NCBI RefSeq assembly: GCF_009914755.1
Contig: NC_060931.1
Source of the DNA: the human T2T-CHM13v2.0 reference genome, Homo sapiens
Strand: one strand, 5' to 3'
DNA: 64,000 bases
Shown: positions 48,060 to 59,230 of the stretch, in pieces
Position numbering within the stretch: position 1 is the stretch's first letter
How the letters are laid out: each line of letters begins with the position of its first letter
Notes under the pieces: model-generated
Told to the model about the DNA's origin: nothing
Databases searched by the model: none
The model's input: the letters and a program-made list of their open reading frames with translations, nothing else
Program-made: the position numbers and the translations under genes

Positions 48060-49665
48060 CTGGGATGTGAGGAGCGCCACTGCCCGGCTGCCCATCGTCT
48101 GGGATGTGAGGAGCGCCTCTGCCCAGCCGCCCTTCATCTGGGAGGTGAGGAGCACCTCTGCCCGGCTGCCCCATCTGGGAGGTGAGGAGCGCCTCTGCCC
48201 AGCCACCCCGTCTGGGAACTGAGGAGTGCCTCTGCCTGGCCGCCCCGTCTGGGAACTGAGGAGCGCCTCTGCCCGGCCGCCCCGTCTAGGAAGTGAGCGC
48301 CTCTGCCCAGCCGCCCTTCATCTGGGAGGTGAGGAGCACCTCTGCCCGGCCACCCCATCTGGGATGTGAGGAGCGCCTCTGCCCAGCCACCCTTCATCTG
48401 GGAGGTGAGGAGCACCTCTGCCCGGCCGCCCCATCTGGGAGGTGAGGAGTGCCTCTGCCCGGCCACCCCGTCTGGGAACTGAGGAGTGCCTCTGCCTGGC
48501 CGCCCCGTCTGGGAACTGAGGAGCGCCTCTGCCCGGCCGCCCCGTCTAGGAAGTGAGCGCCTCTGCCCAGCCGCCCTTCATCTGGGAAGTGAGGAGCGCC
48601 TCTGCCCAGCCGCCCCGTCTGGGAAGTGAGGAGCGCCTCTGCCCGGCTGCCCATAGTCTGGGATGTGAGGAGCGCCTCTGCCCCGCCACCCATCGTCTGG
48701 GATGTGAGGAGCGCAGCTGCCTGGCCGCTCCGTCTGGGATGTGAGGAGCGCCTATGCCCGGCCGCCCCATCCAGGAAGTGGGGAGCGACTCTGCCCAGCC
48801 GCCCCATCTAGGAAGTGAGCGCCTCTGCCCGGCTGCCCCATCTGGGATGTAAGGAGCGCCTCTGCCGGGCTGACCCGTCTGGGAACTGAGGAGGCGCCTC
48901 TGCCTGGCCACCCATCGTCTGGGATGTGAGGAGCGCCTCTGCCCCGCCACCCATCATCTAGGATGTGAGGAGCGCAGCTGCCTGGCCGCTCCGTCTGGGA
49001 TGTGAGGAGCGCCTCTGCCCTGCCACCCATCATCTGGGATGTGAGGAGCGCCTATGCCCGGCAGCCCCGTCCGGGAAGTGGGGAGCACCTCCGCCCGGCC
49101 GCCCCGTCTAGGAAGTGAGCGCCTCTGCCCGGCCACCCCATCTGGGATGTGAGGAGCGCCTCTGCCCGGCCGCCACCCCATCTGGGATGTGAGGAGCACC
49201 TCTGCCTGGCCGCCCCATCTGGGATGTGAGGAGCGCCTCTGCCCCGCCACCCATCGTCTGGGATGTGAGGAGTGCAGCTGCCCGGCTGCTCCATCTGGGA
49301 TGTGAGGAGCGCCTCTGCCCGGCCGCCCCGTCTAGGAAGTGAGTGCCTCTGCCCGGCTGCCCCATCTGGGATGTGAGGAGCGCCTCTGCCCGGCCGCCAC
49401 CCCGTCTGGGAGGTGAGGAGTGCCTCTGCCCGGCCGTTCCGTCTGGGATGTGAGGAGCGCCTCTGCCCGGCAGCTGCCCCATCTGGGAAGTGAGGAGCAC
49501 CTCTGCCCGGCCGCCCCATCTGGGAGGTGAGGAGTGCCTCTGCCCGGCCACCCCATCTGGGAGGTGAGGAGCGCCTCTGCCCGGCTGCCCATCGTCTGGG
49601 AGGTGAGGAGCGACTCTGCCTGGCTGCCCATCTTCTGGGATGTGAGGAGCACCTCTGCCTGGCTG
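48060..49665 (+). repeat. SVA VNTR, about 37-40-bp GC-rich units
   Basis: Roughly 40 tandem variants of TCTGGGA(T/G/A)GTGAGGAGCGCCTCTGCCCGGCCGCCCC. Confidence 0.97.
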
Positions 49666-50353
49666 CTGTGCAATCTTCCAAGTGTGAAGTGACAGCCTTT
49701 CTGCAGGTGTACCCAACAGCTCAGAAGAGACAGTGACCATTGAGAACGGGCCGTGATGATGATGGCGGTTTTGTTGAAAAGAAAAGGGGGAAATGTGGGG
49801 AAAAGAAAGAGAGATCAGATTGTTACTGTGTCTGTGTAGAAAGAAGTAGACATAGGAGACTCCATTTTGCTCTGTACTAAGAAAAATTCTTCTGCCTTCG
49901 GATGCTGTTAATCTATAACCTTACCCCCAACCCCGTGCTCTCTGAAACATGTGCTGTGTCCACTCAGGGTTAAATGGATTAAGGGCGGTGCAAGATGTGC
50001 TTTGTTAAACAGATGCTTGAAGGCAGCATGCTCGTTAAGAGTCATCACCACTCCCTAATCTCAAGTACCCAGGGACACAAACACTGCAGAAGGCCGCAGG
50101 GTCCTCTGCCTAGGAAAACCAGAGACCTTTGTTCACGTGTTTATCTGCTGACCTTCTCTCCACTATTATCCTATGACCCTGCCACATCCCCCTCTCCGAT
50201 AAACACCCAAGAATGATCAATAAATACTAAAAAATAAAAAAATATTTTTCCTATGCATACAGATAAGTAGTAAAATTTAATTTATAAATTTGGCACAGTA
50301 AGATTTCCAGGTGATGTAGTAATACAAAATAAATAAATTAATTAAATGAAAAA
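48060..50353 (+). mobile_element. SVA retrotransposon (SVA_A-like), 5'-truncated, with 3' transduction
   Basis: VNTR then SINE-R (GTGCAATCTTCCAAGTGTGAAGTGACAGCC...GAATGATCAATAAATAC); no CCCTCT hexamer or Alu-like domain; 13-bp TSD AATCCCCAATGGG at 48047-48059 and 50354-50366. Confidence 0.95.
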
Positions 50354-50579
50354 AATCCCCAATGGGATGGTATTTGAAGATGGTGCCTTTGAGAGGTGAT
50401 TAGGTCATCACCATCAACAGGGGCTCATTCTGTTGCCCAGGCTGGAGTGCAGTGGCCTGATCATGAGTCACTGTAGCCTCCAACTCCTGGGCTCAAGCCA
50501 TCCTCCTGCCTTGGCCTGCACAGTAGCTGGGACTACCCACACCTGCTACCATATCCAGCTAACTGAAAAAAAAAAAAAT

Positions 50580-51020
50580 TGAGAACAAGCCTCTTGGATC
50601 TCTCATGTTTTTGTGTTTTCCTCCTTGCTTGCTCTTGCTCAAAGCTTGCATCCTGCCAAGGCATTTTTTTCTCCTTCTGGAGCCATATGCAGGCTGCTTA
50701 TACAGAGGCATCAGTGACCAGTGTCACAATGTTGTTGACACTGGCCCTGACACCACTGTCCCAGCATATCACTGCTGATGTCCCCAGCCCCAAGCCCACT
50801 CCCCTCGATACTGCTGGTGCTACCATTGGCACCAACACAATGTCTCTAGTCTGCCATGGTGGCAGCCTATGTATTTCTACCAGCATATTTTTTTGAGACT
50901 GAGTCTTGCTCTGTTGCCCAGGCTGGAGTGCAATGGTGCAATCTTGACTCCCTACAACCTCCACCTCCTGATCTACCAACAATCTTCATGGCTGTAGAGA
51001 TTATAGAAAATGGGCCCTGT
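50580..51020 (-). pseudogene. Putative CpG-decayed retrocopy 5' fragment, parent unidentified
   Basis: Minus strand GCTGCCACCATGGCAGAC Kozak start, TG/CA-rich body, charged helix-like frame LQKEKKMPWQDASFEQEQARRKTQKHERSKRLVL; interrupted by a short Alu. Confidence 0.4.
50888..50970 (-). mobile_element. Short 5'-truncated Alu
   Basis: Alu 3' end only; TCTACCA(G/A)CA duplicated on flanks. Confidence 0.8.
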
Positions 51021-51043
51021 TTCTTCATTTTTTTTAATTAAAA

Positions 51044-51338
51044 TTTTTTTTTGAGACAGGGGCTTGTTCTGTGTCCCAGGCTAGAGTTCAATGGCCTGAG
51101 CATGAATCACTGCAGCCTTCAACTCCTGGGTTCAAGCCATCCTCCTGCCTTGGCCTCCTAAGTAGCTGGGACTACAGACACATGCTACCGTATCTAGCTA
51201 ACTAAAAGTATATATTTTTTTAGAGACAGGGTCTCGCTCTGTTGCTCAGGCTGCTGTTGAACTCCTGGGTTCAAGTGATCCTCCCTCCTTGGCCTCCTAA
51301 AGTGTTGGGATTACAGGCATGAGCCACCGCACCTGGCC
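51044..51338 (-). mobile_element. AluJ-like
   Basis: Dimer; apparent donor of the fragment at 50417-50565. Confidence 0.9.
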
Positions 51339-51505
51339 TGTTGCTTGCTTTGTTTTATCATCTCTTCATCCTGGTTCCCAATTACAGGCACTGAGGTGCA
51401 GAGTGAGGAGCAAACGCTGTGCTGTCCTTGGAGCTACTCTATCCATAAACAATGGTCATTCTTGGGCCGATCTTGGGCATCTCCAAACTCTACATGTTTC
51501 CCCTC

Positions 51506-51861
51506 TGCCATGACTGTATGTTTGTCCCTCCCTACTGCTAAAATTATATATTGAAACTCTAGTCCCCAATGGGTATTTGAAGATGGTATTTGAAGATGGG
51601 GCCTTTGAGAGGTGATTACATCATGAGGGTGGACCCTTTATGATGGGAATAAAGCTCTTCTAAGACAAGATAGGAGAGAGCTTGTTTTTCCTCTCTCTCT
51701 CCATGTGAGCAAGTCAGAAAGACGCCTCTCACCAGAATCTGACAATGCTAGCACGCTGATCTTGGACTTTCAGCCTCCAGAACTGTGAGAAATAACTATT
51801 TATTGTTTAAGCCACCCAGTCTATGGCATCCTTGTTACAGCAGCCCCAGCTGATGAGGACA
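51506..51861 (+). mobile_element. MLT1A-like MaLR LTR
   Basis: GGGGCCTTTGAGAGGTGATTA...CAGCCTCCAGAACTGTGAGAAATAA...TTTAAGCCACCCAGTCTATGG. Confidence 0.85.
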
Positions 51862-51915
51862 GCCTGTATCAGTTCAAATCTCTAGACAAACAGAAGAAAA
51901 GAAAGAGTTAGACAT

Positions 51916-52215
51916 GGCCAGGTGTGGTGGCTCACCCCTGTAATCCCAGCACTTTGGGAGGCTGCGGTGGGAGCATCACTTGAGCCCACAAGTTCATGAC
52001 CAGCCTGGGCAACATAGAGATCCCATATCTACAAAAAATTAAAAACTTAGCTGGGTGTGTTGACGTGCACCTGTAGTCTCAGTTACTCAGGAGGCTGAGG
52101 TGGAAGGATCTCTCGAGCACAGGAGTTGAAGGCTGCAAGTGAGCTATGACTGCATCACTGCATTCTAGCCTGGGCAACAGAGGCAGATCTTCTCCAAAAT
52201 AATAAATAAATAAAA
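51916..52215 (+). mobile_element. AluJ-like
   Basis: TSD AAAGAGTT(A/G)GACAT. Confidence 0.9.
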
Positions 52216-52427
52216 AGAGTTGGACATGAACAGGATTCGTTGAGGGGAAAAGCCTCCGAAGAATAAAGAGAAGAAGGAGCAGGAGCTGGTGAGGAGCACC
52301 TCTGGATTGCTGTGCAGGTCTGACACCTGTGAGTGGAGACGGAAAAGGAGAAGAGCCTGGATGGAAAAAGCCCTGGGCCACAGCACAGCTCTGGAAGAGT
52401 CTTGGCTAGGTCTCTGCAGAGTCCCTG

Positions 52428-52996
52428 AACTAATTATCTTTTATTGTGGTACAAATCACCCTGAAATGCAATGGCTTAAAACAACAAACTTTTCTTATGT
52501 TACAGTTTCTGTGGATCAGGAATTCAGAAGACGCTGAGCTGGGTGGCTCTAGTTCCTGTCCTCTCATGAGGTTGCAATGAAGATGTTGGCTGCAGTCATT
52601 TGAAGACTTGATTTGGGTGGGAGGAGGTACTTTCAAGGTGGCTCACTCATGTGGCTGGCAAATTGGTACTGGCTATTGACAGGAGGCTTCATTTCCTTGC
52701 CATAGAGACATCCCCAAAGAGCTGCCTGAGTGTCCTCAAGGCATGGTAGATAGCTTCCACCAGAGTGAGTGATCCAAGAGCATGCAAGACAGAAGCTATG
52801 GTGTTTATTATCATGTAGCTTCTAAAGACTGACAGCATAAGTTCTGTAGATCCTACTGAATTCTACAGAGTTGCATGGGTTTGCCTATCATGGGACCCAT
52901 GGTTGCATGGGTCAACCTATCATGGGAGTGGCCTACATGGGGTGTGAATACCACGAGGCAAGGATCATTAGGGTTATCTTGGGGGCTGACTGCCAC
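52428..52996 (-). mobile_element. MLT1F/G-like LTR
   Basis: GGCTTAAAACAACA...GGATCAGGAATTCAG...GGGGGCTGACTGCCACA. Confidence 0.75.
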
Positions 52997-53843
52997 ACTC
53001 CACAAGCAAAAATGGACTGCTGGAGGAGCCCCACCGTGAACAGAAGTAGCTTGGCTTGGTTGTCTTGCTCTGCTTAGCCACTGTGAAGAAAACATGGCCT
53101 CCACGTAAGTCTTGCATTAGATTGATGGAGGATCTGAAGGGACAGCCTCTGGCCATCAACTATTGTGAGCAGAACCCTTCACAATAGGTTCTATTGAAGG
53201 AAGATCTAAGCTGCTCAGCTCCCTGGCTTCTACATGCCCCCATTCCTTTATGTAAATAAACCCTGAGAATATCCAGTCCACAAGCCCCCAACTTTCCAAG
53301 CTTCCCTAAGTCCTAGAATAAGCACATCTTCAGGTTGAGCTGAGAACATTGTCATATTAAGACAAGGAAACTGAAGCACAGAGAGAGATGATATACCCAA
53401 GGTCCCCCCGAAGATGACAGAAGCAGGAATAACATGAAGGTTTTAAAATTCCAAGCCTGATACTCTTTTGTTTTATGCCATGAAGTCCCCATAAATCCAG
53501 CCTTCTGTGCAAAGGACCGGCTTGCTAGGACACTCCAGACTGCTAAATACGCCATTATCTATGATGTACATTCCTATTTTTACTGTTGTGGCTGCTACGG
53601 CAACAGATTTGATTTCCTAATTATGTTTTTCTTTGGCTAATGTAAAAATTAATTTCCATTCCCTGAACAGCCATCAACTACTGGTAAGAGGAGATCACTC
53701 AGGAGATTGAGCGGTAAACCCATTGGATACCAGTGTTATCTAAAAGTGAGGGCAAGAAGCTGCCATCTGTTACCTGCTCATTCTGTGCCATACTCCGTGC
53801 AAGGTAACTTCTTTCTCCCAAGGATGTGAAGCGAATTTCAATG

Positions 53844-54112
53844 TTTTAATTTAATTTAATTTAATTTAATTTAATTTTTGAGATGGAGTCTGGCTTTGTT
53901 GCCCAGGCTGGAGTGCTCTTGGCTCACTGCAACCTCCGCCTCCCGGGTTCAAGCGATTCTCCTGTTTCAGCCTCTTGAGTAGCTGGGTTACAGATGCCCA
54001 CCACCACGCCTAGTTAATTTTTGTATTTTTAGTAGAGATGGGGTTTCACCGTGCTGGCCAGACTGGTCTCGAACTCCTGACCTCAGGTGATCCGCCTGCC
54101 TCAGCCTCCCAA
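53844..54112 (-). mobile_element. AluS-like with (TTTAA)n tail
   Basis: Reverse dimer, 5'-truncated. Confidence 0.9.
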
Positions 54113-54274
54113 TCCATGTTCCCATTTTAGAGTTTAGAATATGGAGATGACAGAGGTGAAGCAACTTGCTCAGAATTATATGTGATGTAAGTGGCAGGAC
54201 AGAATGTAAGCACATCTGCCTGACTCCAAGTTTCATCATTTTTTTCCTATATGAGATTGTTTCCAAGTCTAACA

Positions 54275-54794
<520 letters not shown>

Positions 54795-55369
54795 TTGAAA
54801 CTAAGAAAGCAAGCCACCTGCTTGGTCAGAGGGGACTTTATTCAGTAGTTTATGTTGGAGTTACTGATGTTCAGAGTCTACTTCTCAGCCTTGGTTCTGC
54901 TGCCTAACAGTTGTGGGTCACAAAGAAGTAGGTGAGTCTCAGGGGAGCTGATTCACATTAATTAAACTCACAAGAGACTGATGTATATGCCTAAATGACA
55001 GTCTATTCTCTTGCAAGAGAGTGAGCAAAATGTTCATGTTTATCCTCCAGATGAGCCTCTTCCCATAAGCCTGATAAGTTGAATGACTAAGCAGAACGCT
55101 GCTTAGCAAATGTAAAATCAGAACCAAAGTCTCTGGGAGGCAGCTTTGAAGAATCTTACAGCTCACAGATGACCCTTTCTTGAAGTCCTCTCTTATGTGA
55201 TAGGGAAATTTCAATGTCTCTTTACACACACACACACACACACACTCATGTCAATGTCTCATTGCTTTGTTTCACCGGACTTTTTTTGATACCGTCCCAA
55301 TATAGAAATGTTTTTTCTTCAAATATTTTATTACCATTGATTAGGCAACAACTTTATTTGCTATGCAAC

Positions 55370-56960
55370 TGTGTCCAGAATTGGTGGGTTCTTGGTCTCA
55401 CTGACTTCAAGAATGAAGCCGTGAACTCTGGCGGTGAGTGTTACAGCTATTAAGGTGGCATGTCTGGAGTCTGTCCCTTCTGATTTTCAGATGTGTTCGG
55501 AGTTTCTTCCTTCTGGTGGGTTCGTGGTCTCGCTGGCTCAGGAGTGAAGCTGCAGAGTTTCGCGGTGAGTGTTACAGCTCTCAAGGTAGTGCGTCTGGAG
55601 TTGTTCGTTCCTCCCGCTAGGCTCGTGGTCTTGCTGGGCTCAGGAGTGAAGCTGCATATCTTCACGGTGAGTGTTACAGCTCAGAAAAGCAGCGTGGACC
55701 CAAAGAGTGAGCAGTAGCAAGATTTATTGCAAAGAGTGAAAGAGCAAAGCTTCCACAGTGTTGAAGGGGACCCCAGCGGGTTGCCAATGCTGGCTCGGGC
55801 AGCCTGCTTTTATTCTCTTATCTGGCCCCACCCACATCATCTGATTGGTAGAGCCCAGTGGCCTGTTTTGTCAGGGCGCTGATTGGTGCGTTTACAATCC
55901 CTGAGCTAGATACAAAGGTTCTCCACAGTCCCCATCAGATTAGTTACATACAGAGTTTCCACACACAGGTTCTCCAAGGCCCCACCAGAGTAGCTAGATA
56001 CAGAGTATGGACTGGTGCACTCGCAAACCTTGAGCTAAACACAGGGTGCTGATTGGTGTATTTACAAACCTTGAGCTAGATACAGAGTGCCGATTGGTGT
56101 ATTTACAATCCCTGAGCTAGACATAAAGACTCTCCACGTCCTCACCAGAGCAGCTAGATACAGAGTGTCGATTGGTGCACTCACAAACCTTGAGCTAAAC
56201 ACAGGGTGCTGATTGGTGTATTTACAAACCTTGAGCTAGATACAGAGTGCCGATTGGTGTATTTACAATCCCTGAGCTAGATATAAAGACTCTCCACGTC
56301 CCCACCAGACTCAGGAGCCCAGCTGGCTTCACCTAGTGGATCCCACAACGGGGCTGCAGGTGGAGCTGCCTGCCAGTCCTGCACCGTTCGCTCGCATACC
56401 TCAGCCCTTGGGTGGTCGATGGGACTGGGCGCCGTGGAGCAGGGGGTGGTGCTCGTCGGGGAGGCTCGGGCAGCACAGGAGCCCATGGAGTGGGTGGGAG
56501 GCTCAGACATGGCTGGCTGCAGGTCCCGAGCCCTGCCCCGTGGGAAGGCAGCTAAGGCCCGGCGAGAAATCAAGCACAGCACCGGTGGGCCAGCACTGTT
56601 GGGGGACTCAGTACACCCTCCGCAGCCACTGGCCCGGGTGCTAAGTCCCCCATTGCCTGGGGCCAGCAGGGCTGGCCGGCTGCTCCGAGTGCGGGGCCGG
56701 CCAAGCCCACGCCCACCCAGAACTCCAGCTGGCCCGCAAGCGCCGCAGGCAGCCCCGGTTCCCGCTCACGCCTCTCCCTCCACACCTCCCTGCAAGCTGA
56801 GGGAGTGGGCTCCAGCCTTGGCCAGCCCAGAAAAGGGCTCCCACAGTGCAGTGGGGGGGCTGAAGGGCTCCTGAAATACCACCAAAGTGGGAGCCCAGGC
56901 AGGGGAGGTGCCGAGAGCAAGTGAGGGGTCTGAGGACTGCCAGCATGCTGTCACCTCTCA
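55370..56960 (-). mobile_element. LTR12C (ERV9) solo LTR
   Basis: Minus strand TGAGAGGTGACAGCATGCTG...CCACCAATTCTGGACACA; TSD CAAC at 55366-55369 and 56961-56964. Confidence 0.95.
55800..56310 (-). promoter_or_regulatory. LTR12C U3 tandem CCAAT (NF-Y) repeats and AATAAAA TATA-like box
   Basis: About seven GATTGG copies in ~41-bp repeats; GCTTTTATTCTCTT at 55806-55819. Confidence 0.75.
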
Positions 56961-57183
56961 CAACCATATTAATTTCAGGATGCGTTCTTACTATTTTGGC
57001 TTGGAAACTCTCTGTCTTCTAATATTGCATCTACAAGATGCATCAATCTAATTCCTACAAGGCCTCACTCTTTTCCAGAGTCATGAACATTTCCTGAACC
57101 CCCACACCTCCCAGATAATGGGATGCAATCTGTTTTAAATCACAGCTGATTGAACCAGGCATGGGTCCCTAACTTATCCAATC

Positions 57184-57462
57184 TTTTTTTTCATTGTTGA
57201 GACAGAGTCTTGCTCTGTCGCCCAGGCTGGAGTGCAATGGCACGATCTTCGCCTCCCGGGTTCAAGCTATTCTCCTGCCTCAGCCTCCTGAGTAGCTGGG
57301 ATTACAGGTACGTGCCACCATGCCTGGCTAATTTTTGTGTTTTTAGTAGATACAGGGTTTCACCATGTTGGTCAGGCTGGTCTCCAACTCCTGACTTTGT
57401 GGTCTGCCCGACTCGGCATTCCAAAGTGCTGGGATTACAGGCATGAGCCACCGTGCCCGGCC
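57184..57462 (-). mobile_element. AluS-like
   Basis: TSD TTATCCAATCTTT. Confidence 0.9.
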
Positions 57463-57603
57463 AATTTATCCAATCTTTGCATGATGGGTAGGCAAAGAAG
57501 AGGTAGACCAGATTCTTTCTCTAAAGAATTAGACATGAGAAATAGAGGGAGAACCATTGTTAGTAGGGAAAACTGAATGACGGGAGGTCAGGAGGTAAAA
57601 GGA

Positions 57604-58370
57604 TGTGCCCTATGTGAGTCTCCTAGAATTGCCACAACAACGTACCACAGATGGAGTAGCTTAAACTACAGGAACTTATTGTCTCACTGGTCTGGAGCTA
57701 GAAGTCTGAAATCAAGGTGTTAGCAGGGTTGGTTCCTTTTGAGGGCTGAATCTGATCCATGCTTCTCTCCTGGCTTCTGGCAGCCTCAGGTGTCCCCTAG
57801 CTTATAGATGCCTTCACCTTGTGTCTTCACAGCACTCCCCCTCTATGTGTGTCTGTTTCTGTGTTCAAATTTCCCCCTTTTCTAACGACACCAGACATAT
57901 TTGTCCATCTACCCTAATGACCTCATTTTAACTTGATTGAGTCTGTCATGACTCTATTTCCAAAGAAAGTCACACTCTGGATTGGGCATGGTGGCCCACA
58001 CCTGTCATTCCAGCACATTGGGAGGTTGAAGCAAGAGGCTTACTTGAGCCCAGAAGTTTGAGACCAGCCTGGGCAACAGAGCAAGACCCCATCTCTATAA
58101 AAATTAAAAAAAATTATCCGGGCATGACTGCATGCGCCTGTAGTTCCAGCTACTCAGGAGGCTGAGGTGGGAGGATCCCTTGAGCTGAGGAATTTGAGGG
58201 TGCAGTGAACTGTGATCACACCACTGCACACCAACCCAGGAAACACTGCAAGACCCTGACTTTAAAAACAAGCAAAAGAAAAGAAATACAAATAAGGTCA
58301 TGTTCTGTGGTACTGGGGGTTAGGAATTCTACATATATTTTTGGGAGAAGGCAATGCAGTTTATAACATC
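57604..58370 (-). mobile_element. MLT1C-like LTR with an AluJ (57983-58290, +)
   Basis: GAAGTCTGAAATCAAGGTGTTAGCAGGGTTGG...TACTGGGGGTTAGGA. Confidence 0.8.
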
Positions 58371-58651
58371 TCCTCCCCGTTGGACCAAACTCATAAAGTT
58401 CAGGAAGGGGCCAAGGAAAGTCACTGTGGGGCCATGGGCTTCAGTGAGGAGCCCCACCATGTCCTCAGCATTGGGCCTACCTTTTGGCCGACTTCCCCAC
58501 CCAAGGCAGCCTCAGGATTACGGCCATGAGAACAGCTGTGAGAGAGGCCCTAGCAAGGCCATCAATGAGGGGATAATTAGGTATAATAGAAAGAGGAGGT
58601 GCCCCACAGTGAGCCACTACAACACTCTTATAATAACCTCCTTTCTTTCTT

Positions 58652-59230
58652 TTTTGAATTTAATTTTACTTTAAGTTTCTGGGATATATGTACAGAACAT
58701 GTAGATTTGTTATATAGGCATACATGTGCCATGGTGGTTTGCTGCACCTGTCAACCTGTCATCTAGGTTTTAAGCCCCACATGCATTATTTGTCCTAATG
58801 CTCTCCCTCCCCTCAACAGGCCCCAGTGTGTGATGTTCCCCTCCCTGTGTCCATGTGTTTTCATTGTTCAGCTCCCACTTATGAGTGAGAACATGCGGTG
58901 TTTGGTTTTCTGTTCCTGTGTTAGTTTGCTGCGAATGATGGTTTCCAACTTCATCCATGTCCCTCCAAAGGAGAGGAACTCATTCTTTTTTATAGCTGCA
59001 TAGTATTCCATGGTGTATATGTACCATATTTTCTTTATCCAGTCTATCATTGATGGGCACTTGGGTTGGTTCAAAGTCTTTGCTATTGTAAATAGTGCTG
59101 CAATAAACTTAGTGTGCATGAGTCTTTATAGTAGAATGATTTATAATCCTTTGGGTATATACCCAATAATGGGATTGCTGGGTCAAATGGTATTTCTGAT
59201 TCTAGATCCTTGAGGAATCACCACACTGCC
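58652..59230 (-). mobile_element. 5'-truncated L1PA (3' end)
   Basis: ORF2 C-terminus FIAALFTIAK...[10 protein letters not shown] plus 3'UTR; 18-bp TSD TAACCTCCTTTCTTTCTT at 58634-58651 and 59231-59248. Confidence 0.95.

Noticed and set aside
48060-49740. ORFs of up to 210 aa; CRISPR-like appearance of the array
   Set aside because: These are translations of the SVA VNTR. The units are contiguous with no unique spacers, there are no cas genes, and the context is primate.
56277-56967. GC-rich ORFs or a CpG-island gene promoter
   Set aside because: They lie entirely within LTR12C U3.
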